DNA of 64,000 nucleotides from Guillardia theta CCMP2712 (lineage: Eukaryota; Protista; Cryptophyta): contig NW_005434569.1 in assembly GCF_000315625.1 (NCBI RefSeq), forward strand, positions 172,229 through 236,228. Direction: 5' to 3'. The first letter of the stretch is position 1. Every line of letters starts with the position of its first letter. Below are positions 39,001-47,257 of the stretch, piece by piece. The translations under genes and the position numbers were made by a program. The notes below the pieces were generated by a model, which saw nothing but the letters and a program-made list of their open reading frames with translations, was not told where the DNA came from and did no database searches.

Positions 39001-40197
39001 TTAGACCTCCCTCGCGGCAACCCGCATGACGAACCGCAGCACACAGCCGGTCTGCCGCAGGATGCAGACGAGAAGCGCCATGGTGCTGAAGACAAGTCCC
39101 GACACCAGCGGCTTCATCATTAGCTCGTCGGACCGATGCAGGTGCACCTGCTTGCAGAAGAGGATGAATGCCAGGATGCTGGCCGACTCGACCCGCCGCC
39201 CCTGCATGCAAGAGCTGATGAGGGTGATGGTGGCGCAGCCCTTGAACAGCGGGTTGAGGAGGAAGACAATGATCTGCTTCGGCGTGGTGCCGGTGGTGCT
39301 GGAGAGGTTACCCCAGCCCACCAACAAGGTGATCACCCAGGCTACACAGCAGGCAAACGGCGCCGACTTGTAAAGCACCATGCGATCGATGCGAGTCTCC
39401 GTCGAGTCCATCACAGGCAGTGTCGCCCCCATCGGTGCAAGCATCCCGAACATGACATCGACCCTTGGCATCTTCAGCCCGGTGCAGAACTCCATGTCCA
39501 GCGGGGCGGAGTTGTTCGAGCATGCCGACAGGAAGAATGAGACTATGGAGGCAACAAGGCAGATATAGGCAAACAGCGTGAAGCAGCCGTTCACGGCCGA
39601 GGTCACATCCCGCCTGCGCTGACGGAAGAGCTCGAAGACGTGGCAGAACTCGAGGATGACAATGCCTATGATCAGGAACATCCCACACATGGCATTCCTC
39701 AGGTCCGTCGCGTAAAACACGATGAAGATCGTGCATCCCATCCCATATACAGAGCGATACAGGATGTAGATCTCCTCGTACTCTGTCATGACCATGACGC
39801 GCGGCCTGTCCTGATGATCGATGGACTTTGGCATGTGACTCCAATCCTCCGCTGCAGGCTCTAGATCGACAGTGACCCGCTCTGCCTGCTGCATCTTGTT
39901 GGTCTCCTGAGACGCAGGGTCGAAATCCTCCAGGTCTCCGACGCTCTCGTCCCTCTGCTCAATGTCATCCATGTTGTTGTAGCTGATCTGCCTCTCACGG
40001 TTCATTGCCTTGTTCACGAGGAATTCAAGAAGCTTGATGGCGGCAAAGTAACCGCAAGCAAGTAGCAGCGCGACGCTGGAATCCGTGATCTGTTGTGTGG
40101 TTTGCACGGACGCGCTGTCTGTTGTGCCCATCGCAATCAGCACGGCGCTGACAAAAATTATGCTCCTTACAAGAATCCCCATCACAGAACTATGCAA
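39001..40197 (-). CDS. Multi-pass membrane protein of unknown function (start uncertain)
   Basis: ~9-10 hydrophobic segments split by an acidic loop; viral codon bias. Confidence 0.75.
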   Translation of the reverse strand: MHSSVMGILVRSIIFVSAVLIAMGTTDSASVQTTQQITDSSVALLLACGYFAAIKLLEFLVNKAMNRERQISYNNMDDIEQRDESVGDLEDFDPASQETNKMQQAERVTVDLEPAAEDWSHMPKSIDHQDRPRVMVMTEYEEIYILYRSVYGMGCTIFIVFYATDLRNAMCGMFLIIGIVILEFCHVFELFRQRRRDVTSAVNGCFTLFAYICLVASIVSFFLSACSNNSAPLDMEFCTGLKMPRVDVMFGMLAPMGATLPVMDSTETRIDRMVLYKSAPFACCVAWVITLLVGWGNLSSTTGTTPKQIIVFLLNPLFKGCATITLISSCMQGRRVESASILAFILFCKQVHLHRSDELMMKPLVSGLVFSTMALLVCILRQTGCVLRFVMRVAAREV

Positions 40198-40328
40198 GTG
40201 TCACAGTGTGTGTTTTGTTATATGCTCTGCGAGTAGAGGATCCAGAACCATGCTTCGAATAATTTTTAGTCAACCCCTCCCCTCCCTGGGGTTATAAATT
40301 TCAAGGCCCCCCACCCCAATCCCCATCC

Positions 40329-41399
40329 ATGAACCCCACGGTCCAAAGGACCCACACTCCCCTCTTCAATTTCTGGAAGAGGAACAAGACCTTCCAGAAG
40401 AGCTTTGCAAACATCGTGAAATTCAAGGATGACGAGATCAACATGTCCGACTCCTCGGTGGTGCTCTACCACTTTCACCAGCAGTTGCTCACCTCCACCA
40501 TCGATTTCCGCCTGCAGCCGGGGGAGAGCGAGGAAGAGCGATGCGAGCGCGTGAAGCTGGCTGTCAAGCAACTGACAAGATTCACGCATCGGTTCTTTGC
40601 ATTCGTCAATTCGCTGTACCTCCTGTACGATCCCAGCACACCGGTGCTGCGTTACAGCAAGAAGATCGACAAATTGCTGCAAACCAAACTGCAAGTGGCG
40701 CGGCAGGCAGAGGAGATGCTGCATCTCACCGATGACATGCACCGCATGGATCTAAGGGACTGCTACCACAATTGCAACGGTAGCGTGAGGTACCATGCGA
40801 TGAACGTGGATTACATGCGCAAACTGCTCAACATGGTGAAATTCCCAAACCTATCGCTGTTCTTCATCTATGGGTTGCCAAACATGGTCCACCCTCTCTA
40901 CGACCAGCTCAGCTACAACAGCTACACCTTGCGGTTTCAGCCACAGGGTGTGATACCCGATATCGTCACGGCACAGAACATCCTCGTCAACATGCAGGAG
41001 CTGGTCTGTTCGATGACCGATTACAGCTCCTATTACAGCAACCTCGCGCGCTTCATCGAATTGCGCGATCGGTTGTTCGAGGACGCCAGACAAAGCAAGG
41101 TCATTGCCAAGATCGAGCAGATGATCAGATCTACGGTGAGTCCCGCAGGGTTCGGCCCTGGAACCTTCCGCTTCATCATTGTGCTCCCCATCTTCCCAAA
41201 GATTGTGCAGAACATCAACATGATGGGGTTCCCCAACCGCGGAACCAAGGCAGAAATCCACGCGCTCTTCCGAGAGCGTCGCAGGCTGTACAGGAAGTGG
41301 AAGATCCCCTTTGAGATCCAGGTGATGCTGCATCGGAACATCGAGCGGGGATTCCCCATTGTCTACCAGAAGGTTTATTCTCTCTCTGTAGCGAAATAA
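40329..41399 (+). CDS. Hypothetical protein, 356 aa
   Basis: TATAAA ~40293 plus C-rich leader; stop overlaps AATAAA. Confidence 0.82.
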   Translation: MNPTVQRTHTPLFNFWKRNKTFQKSFANIVKFKDDEINMSDSSVVLYHFHQQLLTSTIDFRLQPGESEEERCERVKLAVKQLTRFTHRFFAFVNSLYLLYDPSTPVLRYSKKIDKLLQTKLQVARQAEEMLHLTDDMHRMDLRDCYHNCNGSVRYHAMNVDYMRKLLNMVKFPNLSLFFIYGLPNMVHPLYDQLSYNSYTLRFQPQGVIPDIVTAQNILVNMQELVCSMTDYSSYYSNLARFIELRDRLFEDARQSKVIAKIEQMIRSTVSPAGFGPGTFRFIIVLPIFPKIVQNINMMGFPNRGTKAEIHALFRERRRLYRKWKIPFEIQVMLHRNIERGFPIVYQKVYSLSVAK

Positions 41400-41411
41400 A
41401 GAAGGAAACCC

Positions 41412-41609
41412 TCAAAAGCTCTGGCAACAAGCCCCCGCGTGATCGCAGCAGAAGAAGGATGCATTGAGGCAATCGCCAATGCACATCGGTGTCGTGCAGT
41501 TGTAGTAGAGGCAGCACACCTTCTCTAGGCAGGAGGGCTCGATGTACCTTGTCCTGTGAATTTCATTATAGGAGGAATCCGATTGATAGCCGTCACGGTA
41601 GTCATCCAT
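41412..41609 (-). CDS. Small protein with Cys-rich C-terminus, 65 aa
   Basis: MDDYRDGY...CLEKVCC..NC...CIGDC...CC....CC; AATAAA downstream (~41374-41379). Confidence 0.55.
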   Translation of the reverse strand: MDDYRDGYQSDSSYNEIHRTRYIEPSCLEKVCCLYYNCTTPMCIGDCLNASFFCCDHAGACCQSF

Positions 41610-41703
41610 ACGCAACTGATTCTGCGGGTAGCGCAAAACCACCATCCATAGGCAACGCAGTTCTGCACAACTTTAATAACCCCCCTGATCTGTCTCGGAT
41701 GGC

Positions 41704-42876
41704 ATGCCACGGTATAAAGAGCGGGGCGAGATAAACACGGGAGGCATGGATGCGGCAGAGTTGGACGTTGACATCCACGAGCGCATCAACCGAGCATTCG
41801 AGCTCTACCCGCTGAGCCGCGATGAGCTCGACACATGCCGCGCGCTGCTGAAACCGAGCCGTCACACATCCATCATGGTGATGCCCACACACAGGATCAA
41901 CGAGGTCGGCGAGTTCCAGGGATTCCGCTTCAACGCCGGATCGCAGATCAATGCCGACATCCTCCCAATATCGCGGAAGATGTTCTTCGGCATCACCATG
42001 ACCGAATGCCTCAGCAGCCAGAGGGAGGATACACGCGGAGTCAACAGCAAGGCTATCGACCTGCTGAACAACCTCGATGCATGCAAACAAAAGATGCAAA
42101 ACATCCTGCAGAATATTCAGAAGGCATCGCTGCACGAGAAGGCGAGCTTCCAGTGCATGCCAGTGAACGCATACGGCATGCACGAGGAGGGGGATGCCTA
42201 CCTCTCCGACTACCGCCGCTACACCGACTCCAAGTTCTGGAATCCAGAGCCCCCCGAGTTCATCGGAATATACCATGGTTTCACGCGTGGATTTATCAAC
42301 GATATACGCGAGCACAAGCTCTACATCGCCTGCTCTGGAGGGCTGAACTACGCTTCGCACGACTTCTACAACATGATCCTCGACATGGGAGACCAGGTGA
42401 CGACGGCAAAGCTCTGCGAGAGCGAGGAGGTGCACTGGCTTAGGAAGGCATCGCAACGCGCGAGGTGCAAGATCATCAAGATGGTGGCAGACGAGTTCGG
42501 CTTGGATATCCCCATCGAGCTCGACACGCACGAGTTCTCAACCAACGGGTGCTACATCGCCACCCCCACAACGGAGACCATCTATCACGACATCCAGAAG
42601 ACAAGCTCGGATGTCATCTCTGTGTACAACCATGCATGCAACACCGAGCTCAGCGACAACGGCATCCTCTGCCCGATGCACCCCTCCGAGGGCATATGGC
42701 TCGTCCAGTCCAAGATCATCATGGGCTTTCCCAATCTCCTCGTGACCTACGGTGCCGTGGGGGAGGGCTCCGAGGGTCTCAGCCGCTGCCCGATCCAGCA
42801 GGGCATCGGTGCCTTTGTCGGTCTGAAGCACCACTGCAAGATCGACAGCGAGTGTGCATGGAAAACAGTTTTTTGA
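41704..42876 (+). CDS. Hypothetical protein, ~376-390 aa; C-terminus may be chimeric at the GC boundary
   Basis: Long GC3-rich ORF; TATAAA at ~41713 suggests start at ATG 41746. Confidence 0.78.
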   Translation: MPRYKERGEINTGGMDAAELDVDIHERINRAFELYPLSRDELDTCRALLKPSRHTSIMVMPTHRINEVGEFQGFRFNAGSQINADILPISRKMFFGITMTECLSSQREDTRGVNSKAIDLLNNLDACKQKMQNILQNIQKASLHEKASFQCMPVNAYGMHEEGDAYLSDYRRYTDSKFWNPEPPEFIGIYHGFTRGFINDIREHKLYIACSGGLNYASHDFYNMILDMGDQVTTAKLCESEEVHWLRKASQRARCKIIKMVADEFGLDIPIELDTHEFSTNGCYIATPTTETIYHDIQKTSSDVISVYNHACNTELSDNGILCPMHPSEGIWLVQSKIIMGFPNLLVTYGAVGEGSEGLSRCPIQQGIGAFVGLKHHCKIDSECAWKTVF

Positions 42877-43381
42877 TACACAGTATGGGAAAGAACTGAA
42901 TAAGGTCAAACAGTTTCTTGATACAGAGTATGAGGAAAAACTCAAGAAGGTTGAAGAGAGTCATGAGAAAGAACTCGTTAAGCTCAGGGCAGAACAAGCG
43001 ATTCGCCGCGTCGAGTATTTGGCAGAGCTCCGCAAATTGCAGCGAAAGCATGCTGCAGAATTCATCAAGTTGAAAGATGATACAGAGCATGCGATAGAAC
43101 TTGTTAAGGGATTGCAGCATGTTGAGGAACAAAATGGTGGTGAATGTGATATGGGTGAGAGATTAGAGTGCGTGGTGTGTTTTGGAAATGTCCGAAGCCA
43201 TGCTTTTGTACCCTGTGGTCATCTAACAATTTGTCAAGATTGCAAAGATAGGTACTATCCAGTGCACAGAAGGGTACGAGACAGAGGGAATGTAGCACCT
43301 AGAGAATACCTAGCACCAGATGCAACATGCCCAGTGTGTAGACAGAAAGCAACTGCATGTATCCCGATATACAAGGCATGA
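42854..43381 (+). CDS. Coiled-coil plus C3HC4 RING E3-ligase-like protein, probably 5'-truncated
   Basis: CVVC...FVPCGH...CQDC...CPVCR; no upstream in-frame ATG. Confidence 0.8.
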   Translation: MHGKQFFDTQYGKELNKVKQFLDTEYEEKLKKVEESHEKELVKLRAEQAIRRVEYLAELRKLQRKHAAEFIKLKDDTEHAIELVKGLQHVEEQNGGECDMGERLECVVCFGNVRSHAFVPCGHLTICQDCKDRYYPVHRRVRDRGNVAPREYLAPDATCPVCRQKATACIPIYKA

Positions 43382-43567
43382 AGTTTTTGTTTTCGGGCTG
43401 CAGGGATGCGGGAGAAGTTGTTGCCGGGAGTCTTTGGATCGTGGAGATTTTTTACTTATGATGTGTTAACCGTTGACGTTCACTTGGAAATTGCCAGTGG
43501 GACATTGAATGTCCCACTTCCGGGAAATTTTGCAATATGAGATGATTACGCGGAGTTGTGATACGTG

Positions 43568-44581
43568 TTATTGAGTAAACCTTGTGATATGCGTCTGGAA
43601 CATCTCAGGTTTAGCTTTGAACTCTTTTTCAGTCTGTTCAATCGCCATCTGCATCAAATCAGAGTCTTTTTTCTGATACACGTTGACAGAGAAGAGTTTG
43701 CCATCACATCTCCTTTGTTCCTTTTCTGGATCATGACCGTATTTGGTTCTGTAGAGATCAGCTAGAATCTTCCCAGCACGCTTGAGCATCTCAGGGGTGA
43801 ACTTGGTTTTCTTCGACTCCAAGACTTTGTCTTGCAAACCAATTGTTTCAAACATGTCGGTCTGAAGTTCCGTGTGGGGAGTGGGAGTTTGATCTGAGGC
43901 AATGCCATTGTTGCTCATCAACTTCTGTCGCTTGTGAAGGAACTTGTTGAAAGTGTAGTCTTGGAGTGAGTTTGCAATTGATGGTGGTAGCACTCCGTTT
44001 ACTTTCATGGCTTCCTTGAAGAACTCCAGTTCATCTTTGAATAGCTCGAATTTGTCTCTTGATAGCTGAAATTCATCCCTAGAGCTTTGATTCTGAATTT
44101 TGAGTCGTCTCTCTTCAATATCGAGCTTTCTGTTTTCAATCTCCAACTCAAGCAACCTTGGATCGATGTCATTGTTCCTCTGCAAATTGGAACTAGTCGC
44201 TTGAGCACTCTGTTCCATTGCCGCCACTCCTTGCGCTTGAGGATAATGTTCATTGCAGAAACTCTTCAATATCTTGATTATTTCCTCTCGATCATTCTGC
44301 ACTGATCGTTCTGGGAGATGTTGCAGAATCATCTGGATTGTATCAAAATCGGCCACTGGAATATCACGTTGTCCACGTCCCCGAAATTTGAAGTCAAGTA
44401 TCTTTGACTGAATATCAGGATAATTCAGAAGGATGTTCTGAAGGATTTTTGCCGAATTCTGATTGTTCTTGTTCGTGATATGTCTTATCGTATCAATCAC
44501 AGACATCATAGGAGGAGATCCAGGTTTCACACGGATTGAAGCTTGAGGACTGATACACGGCAAGGGAATCATCTCATTCAT
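43568..44581 (-). CDS. Bro-N/KilA-like DNA-binding protein with coiled coil, of a type common in large algal DNA viruses
   Basis: MSVIDTIR...YPD...FKFRGRGQRDIPVAD...LP N-terminal domain; C-terminal GK..ADLYR..YG..P.K...VNVY. Confidence 0.65.
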   Translation of the reverse strand: MNEMIPLPCISPQASIRVKPGSPPMMSVIDTIRHITNKNNQNSAKILQNILLNYPDIQSKILDFKFRGRGQRDIPVADFDTIQMILQHLPERSVQNDREEIIKILKSFCNEHYPQAQGVAAMEQSAQATSSNLQRNNDIDPRLLELEIENRKLDIEERRLKIQNQSSRDEFQLSRDKFELFKDELEFFKEAMKVNGVLPPSIANSLQDYTFNKFLHKRQKLMSNNGIASDQTPTPHTELQTDMFETIGLQDKVLESKKTKFTPEMLKRAGKILADLYRTKYGHDPEKEQRRCDGKLFSVNVYQKKDSDLMQMAIEQTEKEFKAKPEMFQTHITRFTQ

Positions 44582-44683
44582 CCCGATTTGACTCACACCA
44601 GTTGAATCACGATCGATATTAGTCTGTTTTTGGTTTTTTTTTCCTGAAATTCTGAGTCGTCTCTTTCGTTTTATGAAAGAGCC

Positions 44684-45238
44684 TCATTCAATATACACCC
44701 AACTTCATCTATACATGTACCGTTCGGTACAGATGTTGAATAAACTTCATTCAATATACACCCAACTTCATCTATACATGTACCGTTCGGTACAGATATT
44801 GAATAAACTTCATTCAATATACACCCAACTTCATCTATACATGTACCGTTCGGTACAGATATTGAATAAACTTCATTCAATATACACCCAACTTCATCTA
44901 TACATGTACCGTTCGGTACAGATATTGAATAAACTTCATTCAATATACACCCAACTTCATCTATACATGTACCGTTCGGTACAGATGTTGAATAAACTTC
45001 ATTCAATATACACCCAACTTCATCTATACATGTACCGTTCGGTACAGATGTTGAATAAACTTCATTCAATATACACCCAACTTCATCTATACATGTACCG
45101 TTCGGTACAGATGTTGAATAAACTTCATTCAATATACACCCAACTTCATCTATACATGTACCGTTCGGTACAGATATTGAATAAACTTCATTCAATATAC
45201 ACCCAACTTCATCTATACATGTACCGTTCGGTACAGAT
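44684..45238. repeat. 63-bp tandem array, ~8.8 copies, with internal hairpin
   Basis: Unit TTCATTCAATATACACCCAACTTCATCTATACATGTACCGTTCGGTACAGATRTTGAATAAAC; only one A/G variable site. Confidence 0.97.
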
Positions 45239-45747
45239 TAATGTTTTTCGTTGATATGTTTCAACAAACAACTATTTCCATCTTGTTTGTTGCAAAATAC
45301 TTTCAGCTCTCCAGTAATATTTGTACACTCCACGCAAACCATCCGGGCCAATTTGTCGCAAACACAGCACCTCTTCCTTTTAATGACCTGGTTCTCAAGC
45401 AACCTCAACGGCTTGTACTGTAGACGCATCCTGTCTACTCTCATGTCTGAATTAGAGTGCAGTAGCCACATTTTGCTGTTGTACTTGTCCTTGAACCGTG
45501 TTTCTTCTGCCATGTCCATATAACCTCCCCTTGGAGACAAAAGAAAATCTCTTGCCTCTTTCAACTCCTCTGCTGTCTCTATTACACCTTGATGTTCACG
45601 TTGTATCCCCTTGTCGGGATGGAGTTTGAGGACCCTGCGACGAAAAGCCTCCTTGATTTCTAACGCAGAATGCTGTCCTGGGTATTCCAGTTGTAGTAGA
45701 AGGTGGTAATATGCAGACTTGTACTCAAACTTGACATTGTATGTCAT
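45238..45747 (-). CDS. J-domain protein with C-terminal Cys-rich Zn-binding domain
   Basis: EIKEAFRRRVLKLHPDKG (HPD); C-x2-C-x7-C-x2-C-x10-C-x7-C-x3-H tail. Confidence 0.82.
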   Translation of the reverse strand: MTYNVKFEYKSAYYHLLLQLEYPGQHSALEIKEAFRRRVLKLHPDKGIQREHQGVIETAEELKEARDFLLSPRGGYMDMAEETRFKDKYNSKMWLLHSNSDMRVDRMRLQYKPLRLLENQVIKRKRCCVCDKLARMVCVECTNITGELKVFCNKQDGNSCLLKHINEKH

Positions 45748-45916
45748 TTGAGATGCCGGGTGTTTTTAAAAAATGACTATGACAGAATCTCTTGATACAC
45801 TGAACTATATCTAAAAAAACTACCCCTATCTTTCGGAAACTGGGGAATCCTTTTGTCGTATAAAGGATCAACATAAAAAGACTGTATCCTGTTACTGAGT
45901 TTTTTTAAGAGGAACA

Positions 45917-46459
45917 ATGCTGTCACCTTGGTATGTGTCCAAACCTCCAACGATGCAATACAACGGAAAACCACCTGCACCAACGAGGCTGATACAAGAT
46001 CCTTCAAGGAATAGGGGAAAAGCAGAGAGTTCTGCAAACACACGGCAGAGATTGCAGTTGCTTGCGGCTATGATCAGTCCTTTTCTTGTTGCAAGTATAG
46101 AGAAGATCAAGCAATGGTTGCATCGTTTCAGGCGTAAGACGATGACACTGGAGGAACTGCAGCAAGGGGTTCATGGCATGATGACGGAAGTACGATCTTT
46201 GATGGATTCTGTTCCGTTTTACATCGAGTCGCTGCAAGACAATATAATCCCACAGCTGAAGACGGTTGAATACCGTTTGATGGCTCTTGAAGATAATATT
46301 TCTGTTCATCGCCAGACTCGGAGGATTGCTGGGGGGATCATGCGGCCATTGAATGAGATGAACTCTGAGGAGTTTGATTATGTACAGAGGAAAGATATGG
46401 AGGATCGTCTTAACTTTCTAATTGAGTCATTGAATATGATCAAGTACACAATCAGGTGA
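45917..46459 (+). CDS. Hypothetical protein (start uncertain)
   Basis: 180-aa ORF, TATAAA at ~45859, helical C-half. Confidence 0.5.
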   Translation: MLSPWYVSKPPTMQYNGKPPAPTRLIQDPSRNRGKAESSANTRQRLQLLAAMISPFLVASIEKIKQWLHRFRRKTMTLEELQQGVHGMMTEVRSLMDSVPFYIESLQDNIIPQLKTVEYRLMALEDNISVHRQTRRIAGGIMRPLNEMNSEEFDYVQRKDMEDRLNFLIESLNMIKYTIR

Positions 46460-46635
46460 TGCGATGATTCTAGCTTTTGTCAGTGTGTTTTATTGATTTC
46501 GAATACTTTACAGGGGGGATCTGAACCAGTATATCGCGGTCATTCATCCGGGGAAGGATGGACAAATGGGAGTTGGCATTCCCTCTGTTGGCTACAGCAA
46601 GGCTGCGGCTGCTTATGTCATGCCAGTTCTGGGCG

Positions 46636-47052
46636 TGGTACCGTCAGTGATATGTCCGGGCCCGGTATTCTACTCTCCGAGTACCGGGGGGTACCGTCAC
46701 TGAGATGTCCGGGCCCGGTATTTTACTCTCCGAGTGACGCCGGGTGGTACTGAGATGTCCGGGCCCGGTATTCTACTCTCCGAGTACCGGGTGGTACTGA
46801 GATGTCCGGGCCCGGTACCCTACCCTCCGAGTACCGGGTGGTACTGAGATGTCCGGGCCCGGTACCCTACCCTCCGAGTACCGGGTGGTACTGAGATGTC
46901 CGGGCCTGGTACCCTACCCTCCGAGTGACCGGGTGGTACTGAGATGTCCGGGCCTGGTACCCTACCCTCCGAGTGACCGGGGTGGTACTGAGATGTCCGG
47001 GCCTGGTACCCTACCCTCCGAGTGACCGGGTGGTACTGAGATGTCCGGGCCT
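46636..47052 (+). repeat. 47-49-bp GC-rich tandem array, ~9 copies
   Basis: Unit GGTACTGAGATGTCCGGGCCCGGTACCCTACCCTCCGAGT(G)ACCGGGT; palindrome CCGGGCCCGG. Confidence 0.95.
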
Positions 47053-47257
47053 GTAGTACCGGGTCCGAATACCCACGAACCCGGAGGACGGGTACTACAC
47101 CTCTTCATTCCACGTGTGGGGTCCAATTACCATATATCCCATGGGTGGGTACAAAATGTACCGGTACTGTCTCATACAATTGACTCTAATAATAGGGTGG
47201 GTGGTCTCCCACATCAATTCCAGGGGGTGGGGTCATTGGGTTATCGCTTCCCTATCC

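Larger units (their letters stand above)
675..42855. mobile_element. Large DNA virus segment of the herpes/HK97 lineage, mirusvirus-like, probably endogenous
   Basis: Terminase ATPase-nuclease and assemblin-like protease, spliceosomal introns, TATA/AATAAA signals, dense orphan ORFs with uniform GC3-rich codon use; no NCLDV-type capsid or A32 ATPase recognised. Boundaries approximate; accessory genes to the right may also belong to it. Confidence 0.8.

Noticed and set aside
675-42855. Nucleocytovirus (NCLDV), Polinton or prophage assignment
   Set aside because: No double-jelly-roll capsid, A32 ATPase or protein-primed polymerase recognised; introns and polyA signals argue against a phage.
41704-42876. 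RtcB-like ligase
   Set aside because: Only vague resemblance (IMVMP, FIGIY); the conserved metal-binding His/Cys motifs are not identifiable.
44684-45238. CRISPR array
   Set aside because: Hairpin-containing repeats are contiguous with no unique spacers; no cas genes; eukaryotic context.
44671-45254. Repeat-protein ORFs on both strands (174 and 193 aa)
   Set aside because: By-product of a 63-bp stop-poor unit; no independent coding evidence.
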